Positions 1 through 8,084 of a DNA stretch of 64,000 nt are shown one piece after another (the first letter of the stretch is position 1; every line of letters starts with the position of its first letter). The notes under the pieces are model-generated. The model was not told the DNA's origin and did no database searches. It was given only the letters and a program-made list of their open reading frames with translations. The stretch is from an uncultured Chloroflexia bacterium (GTDB lineage Bacteria; Chloroflexota; Limnocylindria; Limnocylindrales; CSP1-4), in contig CAVSXV010000004.1 of NCBI GenBank assembly GCA_963731995.1, forward strand, positions 576,973-640,972, read 5' to 3'. The position numbers and the translations under genes were made by a program.

Positions 1-1
1 C

Positions 2-1054
2 ACGAACGTGACCATCGCCTACCGCCGCACCCGCTCGGAGCTGGTCGTGGACGAGGAGGAGTTGGGGGAGACCGAGCGCGAGGGCGTGACCATGGACTTC
101 CTGGTCAGCCCGGTGGAGCTCATCGACGATGGCGAAGGCAACATCGGCGGGGTCAGGTTCGTGCGCAACAAGCTGGGTGAGCCCGATGCCTCGGGTCGCC
201 GCCGGCCGGTGCCCATCGAGGGCAGCGAGTACGTGGTCCCCGCGCAGACCGTCATCCCGGCCGTGAGCCAGGCGGCGGACAACACCTTCCTGCCCGTGGA
301 GTCCAGCTTCCATATCAACCGCGGCCGCATGCGCGTCGACCCGGGCACCTATGCCACCAACGTCCGTGGCGTCTTCGCCTGCGGCGACTTCGTGACCGGC
401 CCCACCACGCTCATCGAGGCGGCCGGCCACGGCAAGAAGGCTGCCTACGCGATCGACCGCTACCTGTCGGGGCGCTCGACCGTGGAGGTCGATGCCAACG
501 TCCGCATCGTCAGCTCCTCGCGTCACGACATGCCCGAGTCCTACGACCGGCTGGCGCGCCAGCACATCCCGGTCGTGCCGGTAGAGGCGCGCATCCCCAG
601 CGACGACCCGACGGTCAACTTCAGCACGCCGATGGAGATCGGCTACGGTGTCGAGGGCGCCGTGGCCGAGTCCACGCGTTGCCTCATGTGCAACTACAAC
701 ATCTGGTTCGACGGCTTCCGCTGCGTGCTCTGCGGCGCGTGCGCGGACGTCTGCCCCGAGGGCGTCATCCACATGATCGACGTCAACCAGATGAAATCGG
801 AGGGCGCGCTGCCCGAGTTGGTGGACGGCTACGGCTGGACCCAGGGCGCAGCCATGGTCCTCGACGAGGAGCGCTGCATCCGCTGCGCGCTCTGCGTGAA
901 GCGGTGTCCCTACGACGCCATCACCATGGAGCGGTTCGAGATGCAGGAGCTCAGTGAGGACGGTAGGCTCTACAAGGAGTCGTACCGTGACACCCAGCTC
1001 GGGCTGGCGGGTGTCGGAAACCAGGCAGACGCAGGGGGACACACACCTCGATGA
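2..1054 (+). CDS. GltD-like FAD/NAD(P)-dependent oxidoreductase (C-terminal part) fused to a 2x[4Fe-4S] ferredoxin domain; 5' end lies outside the window
   Basis: The frame is open to the window edge. '[18 protein letters not shown]' and '[26 protein letters not shown]' are typical of glutamate-synthase small-subunit-like flavoenzymes. Two CxxCxxCxxxCP boxes are present ([24 protein letters not shown]). Confidence 0.8.
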   Translation, partial: TNVTIAYRRTRSELVVDEEELGETEREGVTMDFLVSPVELIDDGEGNIGGVRFVRNKLGEPDASGRRRPVPIEGSEYVVPAQTVIPAVSQAADNTFLPVESSFHINRGRMRVDPGTYATNVRGVFACGDFVTGPTTLIEAAGHGKKAAYAIDRYLSGRSTVEVDANVRIVSSSRHDMPESYDRLARQHIPVVPVEARIPSDDPTVNFSTPMEIGYGVEGAVAESTRCLMCNYNIWFDGFRCVLCGACADVCPEGVIHMIDVNQMKSEGALPELVDGYGWTQGAAMVLDEERCIRCALCVKRCPYDAITMERFEMQELSEDGRLYKESYRDTQLGLAGVGNQADAGGHTPR

Positions 1055-1067
1055 CGGTGACACGGCG

Positions 1068-1796
1068 TTGAGCTTCCTCGAACGCATCGACAACGGGATC
1101 CGCCGCAGCGCGGTCTTCCGCTCGATCTTCCGACAGCCCTATCCCAGCGATGAGCGCTCGCGCGCCATGGCCGTGATGAACAACGTGTTCCTGCACCTTC
1201 ACCCGGTGCGGGTGCGCCAGCACGCGGTCAAGTTCGCCTACACCTTCTGCCTGGGCGGCCTCTCGTTCTTCTTCTTCCTGGTGCTGACGGTCACGGGCGT
1301 CTACCTGATGTTCTTCTACGTCCCGTCGGCGACCCAGGCCTACTCGGACATCCTGCGCATCCAGGCGGAGGTGCCGTTCGGGTTGCTGACCAGGAACATC
1401 CACCGGTGGGCGGCCCACCTGATGGTGTTCTTCGTCTTCCTGCACATGATGCGGGTCTTCTATCACGGCGCCTACAAGCCACCACGCGAGTTCAACTGGG
1501 TGGTCGGCGTGGTGCTGCTGCTGCTGACCGTCTTCCTCTCCTTCACCGGCTACCTGTTGCCGTGGGACCAGATCGCCTACTGGGCCATCACCATCGGCAC
1601 CAACATGGCCACCTTCGCGCCGCTCTTCAACACCCCCAGCCAGCTGCTGCTGCTGGGCGGTATCGAGGTCGGCCAGAACACCCTGCTGCGCTTCTATGTT
1701 CTGCACGTGATCCTGATGCCGCTGGTAGCGGCCATCTTCCTGGCTGTTCACTTCTGGCGTATCCGCAAGGACGGAGGTATCAGCGGTCCCCTGTAG
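1068..1796 (+). CDS. cytochrome b6-type cytochrome b (N-terminal half of a split cytochrome b)
   Basis: ORF 954..1796. '[28 protein letters not shown]', '[15 protein letters not shown]' and '[11 protein letters not shown]' carry the paired haem-ligand histidines in four hydrophobic helices. The start was placed at the in-frame TTG at 1068, just after the upstream stop (1052-1054), and is uncertain. Confidence 0.85.
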   Translation: MSFLERIDNGIRRSAVFRSIFRQPYPSDERSRAMAVMNNVFLHLHPVRVRQHAVKFAYTFCLGGLSFFFFLVLTVTGVYLMFFYVPSATQAYSDILRIQAEVPFGLLTRNIHRWAAHLMVFFVFLHMMRVFYHGAYKPPREFNWVVGVVLLLLTVFLSFTGYLLPWDQIAYWAITIGTNMATFAPLFNTPSQLLLLGGIEVGQNTLLRFYVLHVILMPLVAAIFLAVHFWRIRKDGGISGPL

Positions 1797-1811
1797 ACCG
1801 ATGGACAAGCG

Positions 1812-2453
1812 ATGAGCGACGAGAGCAAGACCCCCAAGGTTCCCGCCGCCCCGCCGGCCTCCCAGCCGGAGCGGCGTTCGACCCTGCCTGCTGCCCCGCC
1901 GGAACGGCGCGTGACGGAGATCGACAAGCAGCGCGTGCCGATGGCCGCCAAGCCCTACCGGCTACTGGCCCTGGTCAAGCAGGATGCCGTGGTCCGTGTC
2001 CAGAAGGAACCGGACGACACGGTCATGACCTGGCCGCACCTGCTCAGCATCGAGTTCTTCGCGGCGGCCATGATGAGCATCTTCCTGCTCCTGATGGGCT
2101 TGTTCGTGAACGCCCCGCTCGAGGAGCTGGCCAACGGCAACGTCACCCCCGCCGTGGCCAAGGCGCCGTGGTACTTCGTGGGCCTGCAGGAGCTGCTGGC
2201 CTACTTCCACCCCACGGTCGCCGGCGTGCTCGCGCCCACCGTCATCCTCGTCGGCGCGGCGCTCGTGCCCTTCATCGACCGAGGCCCCAAGGGCGACGGC
2301 GGCTCGCCTCGTCCATCGGACCGCAAGGTCGGCGTGATGCTCTTCACGCTGTTCATGGGCGCGGGCCTGACGATCACCTTCCTGGGAGCCTTCTTCCGCG
2401 GGCCGGGCTACGCCTGGACGATGCCGTGGGATGGCTTCTTCTTCGCACTGTAG
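1812..2453 (+). CDS. cytochrome b subunit IV-like protein (C-terminal half of a split cytochrome b)
   Basis: 'KAPWYFVGLQELLAYFHP' is the PEWY-loop equivalent and is followed by hydrophobic helices. There is a Pro/Ala-rich N-terminal extension. The gene lies 15 nt after the cytochrome b6 stop. Confidence 0.75.
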   Translation: MSDESKTPKVPAAPPASQPERRSTLPAAPPERRVTEIDKQRVPMAAKPYRLLALVKQDAVVRVQKEPDDTVMTWPHLLSIEFFAAAMMSIFLLLMGLFVNAPLEELANGNVTPAVAKAPWYFVGLQELLAYFHPTVAGVLAPTVILVGAALVPFIDRGPKGDGGSPRPSDRKVGVMLFTLFMGAGLTITFLGAFFRGPGYAWTMPWDGFFFAL

Positions 2454-2460
2454 GGACACC

Positions 2461-3129
2461 ATGGGTAACTGGAAGCTGACACGAACCCAAGAGCCCCAGG
2501 CGCTGACCGAGCCGGTCCTGAGTGAGATGCGCAAGGGCAAGATCGGTGGCCTCACCCGCCGCCAGCTCATCCGCCGCTCCATCGGGGCGGCTGTGGCGCT
2601 GTGGCTGCTGGAGGTCGGCGCCGGCACGCTCGGCTTCCTGTGGCCCAATCTGGCTCGCGGTTTCGGCGGCCAGGTCAACCTCGGTGACTTCGACACCGTG
2701 GCCGAGAGTCCGGACAATCCGGCCGCGACGCTCACCCAAGGTGGCGCCTCCTACTTCTCGAGTGCCCGTGCCTTCATCGTCCTCAACGATCCCAATCTCG
2801 CGTTCCAGAACGGTGAATCAGCTGATGGCGAAGGGACTGCCACCAACGTCCGGACGCTGTACCAGAAGTGCCCCCACCTGGGCTGCAAGCCCAACTTCTG
2901 CGACACCAACTACTGGTTCGAGTGCCCCTGCCATGGTTCGCGCTACGACCGCCTGGGGACCAAGGTCAAGGAGCTGGGCCCGGCCCCGCGCGGCCTTGAC
3001 CGCTTCCCGCACACCGTGCAGGACGGGAATCTCACGGTCGATACCGGCAGGATCGTGCTCGGGCCGCTGCCCGTGGCCCTCGGTCAGCCCGGCCTTATCC
3101 CGGCCAAGTCGCCCACGGGCTGCATTTGA
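2461..3129 (+). CDS. Rieske 2Fe-2S protein
   Basis: 'CPHLGC' (from 2869) and 'CPCHGSRYD' (from 2923) are the cluster-binding boxes. The N-terminal 'TRRQLIRRSIGAAVALWLL' looks like a Tat-like signal or membrane anchor. ORF 2431..3129; ATG 2461 was chosen as start. Confidence 0.85.
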   Translation: MGNWKLTRTQEPQALTEPVLSEMRKGKIGGLTRRQLIRRSIGAAVALWLLEVGAGTLGFLWPNLARGFGGQVNLGDFDTVAESPDNPAATLTQGGASYFSSARAFIVLNDPNLAFQNGESADGEGTATNVRTLYQKCPHLGCKPNFCDTNYWFECPCHGSRYDRLGTKVKELGPAPRGLDRFPHTVQDGNLTVDTGRIVLGPLPVALGQPGLIPAKSPTGCI

Positions 3130-4779
3130 TGAGCGAAGAGAAGACCGGACGTGAGCTCGCGCCGCGCGAGCCCTCTGATGTCGGGCCCCCGGATGGCTCG
3201 CTGACGCCGGTCGAAGGCGACAACCGCGAGGTCGAGCGGTTCAGCGCCGGTCCCCGTGCTCACAGCGTGGGTCTGACCGAGGAGCGCTCCGCGAAGATCG
3301 TCCGCCAGAGCGCCAACGCGCGCAACGTCGTCTTCCTCGCGATCCTGCTCATCGCACTCTTCATCCCGGTCTACTGGTTCTACGAGAGCGGCATCCCCGC
3401 GCTGGGCACCGAAGGCCGCCTTGCAGCAGAGGCGGACACCCAGTACGTGACCGACGTGGCCCGTGGCTACGAGCTCTACCTCGCCAACTGCGCCACCTGC
3501 CACGGCGAGGACGGCCAGGGCGGAATCGGCCCCCGGCTCAACGACCAGGGCAAGCTCTACAACGTGCTCACGCCCGGCGGCGATCCGGGCACGGGGCACC
3601 TCAACCCCGACTACCTGCACAACGTGCTCAACGTCGGCGGACGCTACGTGTGCGGCGACCCCAACAGCCTGATGGCCCAGTGGCAGCGGCCCGCCGGGCC
3701 GCTCAACTACCGGCAGATCGAGGAGCTCATCGCCTGGGTGACGGCCAGCCAGGACGTCACCTTCGAGCGGCGCGTGGAGACACACGGCGAGGGTGTCCAG
3801 GGCGAACCCGAGTTCATCTCCGGCTGGCGCGACCCCGACTATCAGCCTGGCCCGGAGGACACCCCGGTGCCTGACTGCTGGAAGGCACCCGGTGGACTCG
3901 TACCGGGCACCGTCGAAACCACCGGCACCACCGGTACGACCGGCACTCCCGACACGGGCACGGCGGATACGTCCACCATGGGCATCACCGCCGGCACGCC
4001 AGATGCGCCCCGCGTGATCAGGATGACCGCCACCGCCTCGCTGCAGTTCATCGGCGAGGATGATGCCCCGCTGACCCAGATCGACGTCCTCCCAGGCGAG
4101 ACCATCGAGTTCGTGGTGGACAACGGGGCTGGCTTCGATCACAACTTCTACATCGGCACGCCAGAAGAGCTGCAGGTCCCGTTCGGTGAGACGGATGCTG
4201 GCATCCCCACCTGGCAGTCGGGCGAGCAGACCCTCATCTGGACGGCGCCTGAAACCGGTGTCGACAACCTCCAGTTCGCCTGCACGGTGCCCGGCCACTA
4301 CCAGCCCATGCACGGCGACATCAGGTTCAGCGGTGGTGAGCCCGCCGCGGAAGCGAGCCCGGACGGCGGAGCTGCCGAGGCGACCCCCGCTGCCGGCGAG
4401 ACCGGTGGGGCAGAACCCGCCGCTGGCGTGGGCACTCCGGATGCACCGCGCATCGTCGAATCTCACGGCCACCGCTGCGCTGCAGTTCCTGGGTGAGGAC
4501 GGGGCCCCGCTCAAGCTGCTCGATGCGGTGCCGGGCGAGACCATCGAGTTCGTCATCGACAATGAGGCCGGCTTCGACCACAACTTCTGGATCGGCCCCA
4601 CGGACGAGGTCTCCGTGCCGAACAACGAGACCGACAACGGCATCCCCACCTGGCAGTCCGGCGAACAGACGCTGACGTGGACCGTGCCCGAGGCCGGAAC
4701 CGAGGGTCTGCAGTTCGGCTGCACGATCCCCGGCCACTATGCCGCCGGCATGCACGGCGATATCGTGATCTCGGGCTAG
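3129..4779 (+). CDS. membrane-anchored mono-haem cytochrome c fused to two tandem type-1 copper (cupredoxin) domains; frame broken near 4455-4460
   Basis: ATG 3129 overlaps the Rieske TGA (TGATG). There is a TM helix 'VVFLAILLIALFIPVYWFY' and a haem box 'CATCH' at 3489-3503. Two ~105-aa modules each follow 'GTPDAPR(V/I)': 'GFDHNFYIG...FACTVPGHYQPMHGD' (frame of 3126..4496) and 'GFDHNFWIG...FGCTIPGHYAAGMHGD' (frame of 4186..4779). Confidence 0.75.
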
Positions 4780-4792
4780 GACAGGAGACGAC

Positions 4793-6289
4793 GTGTCACA
4801 GCAAGCACTCCCACAGGGCGCCACCCGCCGACGCGCTGCCTTCGGGCTGTTCGACGCGAACGGCTGGACCTGGGCCGGGCTGAAGGCGACCTTCTGGTTC
4901 CTGTTCATCATCTTCATGCTCGGGGTCGTGCCCAACTGGACCTACTACATCACCACCAGCGAGACCATCACCGTCGGCTACAACTTCGCCTCGATCGTCA
5001 ATCTCTGTCCCGCCGATAACGAGGACCTGCCCTGTCCGGCACCGGCCGGAGCCATGAAGCCCTGGCAGACCTCACCCCCGGAGCTGGCCCTGCCGGCGGC
5101 ACGCTCGGGCTCAGCTGTCTACCAGTCAGGTGCGACCGTCTACCTGCTTGGTGGCGTGGTCGACGGCACGGCCACCGATGAGGTCCTCGAGACCAAGATC
5201 AGCGAGGACGGCAACCTCAGCGGCTGGACCGCCGGTCCGGCCCTGCCGGAGCCACGCAGCGACATGGCTGTGGGCATGTACGGCGGTGTCCCCTTCGTGA
5301 TGGGGGGCCTCGATGGCGAGGGCAAGGCCACAGCCACGGTCTACAAGGGCACCGTGGAGGAAGGCGTACTGACAGGATGGGAGCTGCAGGACGGCCAGGA
5401 CCGCTCGCTACCATTGACCCTGCCGCAGCCGCTCAGCGGCGCCTCGGTGCTTCCCGGTACCAGCGGCTTCGTGCTCATCGGCGGGCGTGACGCCAACGGC
5501 GAACCCGTGAACGGCGTGCACGTAGCCTGGAGCGATACCGGCACCACCTCCGACGACCTCCTGGCCTGGGAGCCGCTCGACGAGCAGCTCGCACTGCCCG
5601 AGCCGCGTGCCGATGCGGTGGTGGCCACGATCGCCGACTTCATCTACGTGGTCGGGGGCGAAGGACCCGATGGGCCTACCGACAGCGTGTTCCGCCTCGA
5701 GCTGCGCGATCGTGAGCCGGCCGTCAACGAGGCCGGCGACCTGCTGGGCTGGGCGGTGGCACCAGCCGAGGAGTCCTTGCCCGCGCCGCGGGCCGATGCC
5801 ACCAGCTTCACCGCCAATGGCGCGGTCTTCGTCATCGGCGGCCTCGACGACCAAGGCGCCCCGCAGACATCGATGTTGTGGGCCGTGCCCGATACGACCA
5901 CCGGCGACATCGATAGCTGGCTGCAGCTCGCGCAGACCGACCTGCCCGTGGCCACCGCGGACGCACCGCTCGTGGGCGTGGGCTCGCATGTGTTCGTCTT
6001 CGGGGGCCAGACGCCCGACGGTCCGACGGACGGGTCGTTGCGCGCGGGAATCTCACCGCGCCCACCGTTCTTCCAGCTGGGCATCGCCGGCGCCACCATC
6101 CCTGGCCTCGCCATCAAGGGTGAGGTCGGCCAGCAGCTGGGCTACATGAACGCCATGGGCGTGGGCATGCTCAACTTCGTGATCCTGATCATCATCGGGG
6201 TGGCCTTCAGCCGGCCGGAGTCGAGCAAGCGCGTGATCGGTCGGATCCTGCGCATCAAGCCGGAGCCGGACGAGCAGTACCGCAGCTAA
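4793..6289 (+). CDS. Kelch-repeat beta-propeller membrane protein
   Basis: Six blade-like repeats are visible (VYLLGGVVDG, PFVMGGLDGEG, FVLIGGRDANG, IYVVGGEGPDG, VFVIGGLDDQG, VFVFGGQTPDG). They lie between an N-terminal TM (FWFLFIIFMLGVV) and a C-terminal TM (MLNFVILIIIGVAF). GTG start with AGGAG upstream. Confidence 0.7.
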   Translation: MSQQALPQGATRRRAAFGLFDANGWTWAGLKATFWFLFIIFMLGVVPNWTYYITTSETITVGYNFASIVNLCPADNEDLPCPAPAGAMKPWQTSPPELALPAARSGSAVYQSGATVYLLGGVVDGTATDEVLETKISEDGNLSGWTAGPALPEPRSDMAVGMYGGVPFVMGGLDGEGKATATVYKGTVEEGVLTGWELQDGQDRSLPLTLPQPLSGASVLPGTSGFVLIGGRDANGEPVNGVHVAWSDTGTTSDDLLAWEPLDEQLALPEPRADAVVATIADFIYVVGGEGPDGPTDSVFRLELRDREPAVNEAGDLLGWAVAPAEESLPAPRADATSFTANGAVFVIGGLDDQGAPQTSMLWAVPDTTTGDIDSWLQLAQTDLPVATADAPLVGVGSHVFVFGGQTPDGPTDGSLRAGISPRPPFFQLGIAGATIPGLAIKGEVGQQLGYMNAMGVGMLNFVILIIIGVAFSRPESSKRVIGRILRIKPEPDEQYRS

Positions 6290-7485
6290 CGCCCCCGCCG
6301 GGCGATCGCCAGCACCGGCTGGGCGGAGTCGTCCACCGCAACCAATCGCAGGTCCGGCGCGCGTGCCACGATGCTCGTGTCCGCCACGGCCACGATGCCT
6401 CCGCGCTCCAGGACCCGGGCCGGATCGAGCTTGGCGTCTGCGGCCATCACCACCAGGCGGTAGTGGCCGTCGGGTAGGTGGCGGGCCTCGTCTGCGGCTG
6501 CGACAAGCCACTCGAAGCCATCGGGAAGGGGTGTGCTGGGCGCTTCTCCGATCCATACGGCCGGGCCTCCGGAAGCCATGGCGGCCGCCTCCGTGACGTG
6601 GACCATCCAGCGGCGCTGCGCCGTCCTGGCAGCCTCGATCCCGACGCGCTCGTAGTCGTCGATCGCGCTGCGCAGCGGTTCGAGGACGGCCGTGTTGGCG
6701 CCATCGAGCCAGGCCACGGTGCTTGCGCCGGCGTCGAGCCAGTCGGTCAGCGGGTCGTTCGAGGGGGCCACCGCCCCCCATGCCAGCTCGCTGTCCGAGA
6801 CGATGGCGCGATCGGGGAGGGGGCCGGGTAGCAGCAGCCGTGCCACGCCCAGCGCGCGGGCCCATTCGAGCCAGGCCTCGAGATCGGCGCTGGCGAGCGC
6901 CTCGGTGGTCAGGGCGGTCCACACCGGCAGTCCCATCTCGAGCGCTTCGACGGTCGCTGTACGCGCGTCTGACTCGCCTCGCTGGCCCTCGACGAGGATG
7001 AGGTCCGGCTCCGCGTCGGCGATGGCCCCGGCCTGGTCGCGGTAGTCGCGTTCGGTCGCAGCTTCATGGGGCAGGAGCCGCCCGGTTGCGACCTCCGGCT
7101 CCTCGTCAAGCGCGGGCAGCGACGCGGCCACGAGGGGTGCGGGGCGGCTTCGGCGGACCTCGTCATCGGGCGCCTCGATGAGGGCTTCCTCGCGTCGCTC
7201 CATGCCGATCTCGAGCGCCTGTCGCGCGGTGCGTACGGCGGCTGCGGTCCAGGCTCCGGCGCGGCGGGTCTCACCGAGGGGCAGCAAGGCCCGACGGTGC
7301 GTCAGCCAGGTGGGTGCGACGACCACGTCGGCACCAGCGGCGACCTGGCCAGCGAGCCGCTCGCGAGCGGCTGGCTCGTCGCGCAGGTGGAGTGGCAGGT
7401 ACCAGTCAGCGTCGTCGGCGTTCGGACGCGCCGGCACCCGCTCCGGACCGACCGATCCAGCCAGCAAGCGCACGCGGTCTGCCAT
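6286..7485 (-). CDS. hypothetical protein; N-terminal region resembles the homocysteine S-methyltransferase fold but has no Cys
   Basis: 399-aa ORF with good GC3. 'LLAGSVGPER...VAAGADVVVAPTWLT' recalls S-methyl_trans domains. The protein contains no cysteine. It lies 23 nt downstream of the rhodanese gene on the same strand. Confidence 0.45.
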   Translation of the reverse strand: MADRVRLLAGSVGPERVPARPNADDADWYLPLHLRDEPAARERLAGQVAAGADVVVAPTWLTHRRALLPLGETRRAGAWTAAAVRTARQALEIGMERREEALIEAPDDEVRRSRPAPLVAASLPALDEEPEVATGRLLPHEAATERDYRDQAGAIADAEPDLILVEGQRGESDARTATVEALEMGLPVWTALTTEALASADLEAWLEWARALGVARLLLPGPLPDRAIVSDSELAWGAVAPSNDPLTDWLDAGASTVAWLDGANTAVLEPLRSAIDDYERVGIEAARTAQRRWMVHVTEAAAMASGGPAVWIGEAPSTPLPDGFEWLVAAADEARHLPDGHYRLVVMAADAKLDPARVLERGGIVAVADTSIVARAPDLRLVAVDDSAQPVLAIARRGR

Positions 7486-7508
7486 GTCGTTCGAGCGGTC
7501 GATGGGAT

Positions 7509-7883
7509 CTAGAAGTCGCCCTCGCCGGGCTCCGGCTCACCACTGGTGGTGGGCAGGCCCGCATTGTGCCAGGCCACGATGCCGCCGCTGACGTTGGTCA
7601 CGTTCTCGAAGCCGTTGGCCGCGAGGAACTGGGTCGCGTTGGCGCTGCGGCCCCCGGTGCGGCACATCAACAGGATCTCGCGGTCACGCGGCAGATCCCT
7701 GACGCGATTGTTGAGACGGCCGAGCGGCAGCAGCACCGCGCCCCTGGCCCGCAGCTGTGCGTATTCATTGGGCTCCCGCACGTCGATGATGAGGGCCCCG
7801 ACATCGTCGCCCTGCATCTCGGCAGCCTGCTTGACGTCGACCGAGGGCACACCCTGGCCCATGAGGTTGCGAAGGAAGGACAT
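7509..7883 (-). CDS. rhodanese-domain sulfurtransferase
   Basis: 'IIDVREPNEY...ILLMCRTGGRSANATQFLAANGFENVTNVSGGIVAWHNAG' carries the active-site CRxGxR loop. ATG 7883 (MSFLRN...) was chosen inside ORF 7509..7970. Confidence 0.85.
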   Translation of the reverse strand: MSFLRNLMGQGVPSVDVKQAAEMQGDDVGALIIDVREPNEYAQLRARGAVLLPLGRLNNRVRDLPRDREILLMCRTGGRSANATQFLAANGFENVTNVSGGIVAWHNAGLPTTSGEPEPGEGDF

Positions 7884-8084
7884 GTCTACTCCAGTTTGGG
7901 TCGGTGGTACGCGGCTGGAGAACGACCCAGCCTTGAGCTTCGTGGAGACACGGCGGCGTCTCAGCGCCATAGCCTAGATGCTACCCGTGCTCCGCGTGCC
8001 AGACGGCTTCAGGCACCGTTGGCGGCGACTGGTGCCACGGCCGTATGCTTCTCACTCGATAGCCGGACTTCGCTCGGAGGGACG

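Noticed and set aside
951-1808. 285-aa minus-strand ORF antisense to the cytochrome b gene. Similar long antisense ORFs occur at 3084..4724, 12149..13516, 27325..28188, 28415..29404, 39283..40365, 43365..44381 and 51966..53177.
   Set aside because: These are Arg/Gly/His/Pro-rich shadow ORFs, typical of the antisense strand in high-GC DNA. The opposite strand carries clear family motifs. No recognisable motifs were found in the antisense products.
4446-4465. Programmed ribosomal frameshift joining the two cupredoxin modules.
   Set aside because: There is no slippery heptamer, homopolymer or obvious downstream stimulatory hairpin at the junction. The window contains many other unprogrammed-looking frame breaks.
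7314-8084. N-terminal 257 codons of ORF 7314..9275.
   Set aside because: This part is antisense to the well-supported rhodanese gene and has an Arg/Ala/Pro-rich composition. A good signal peptide starts at ATG 8085.
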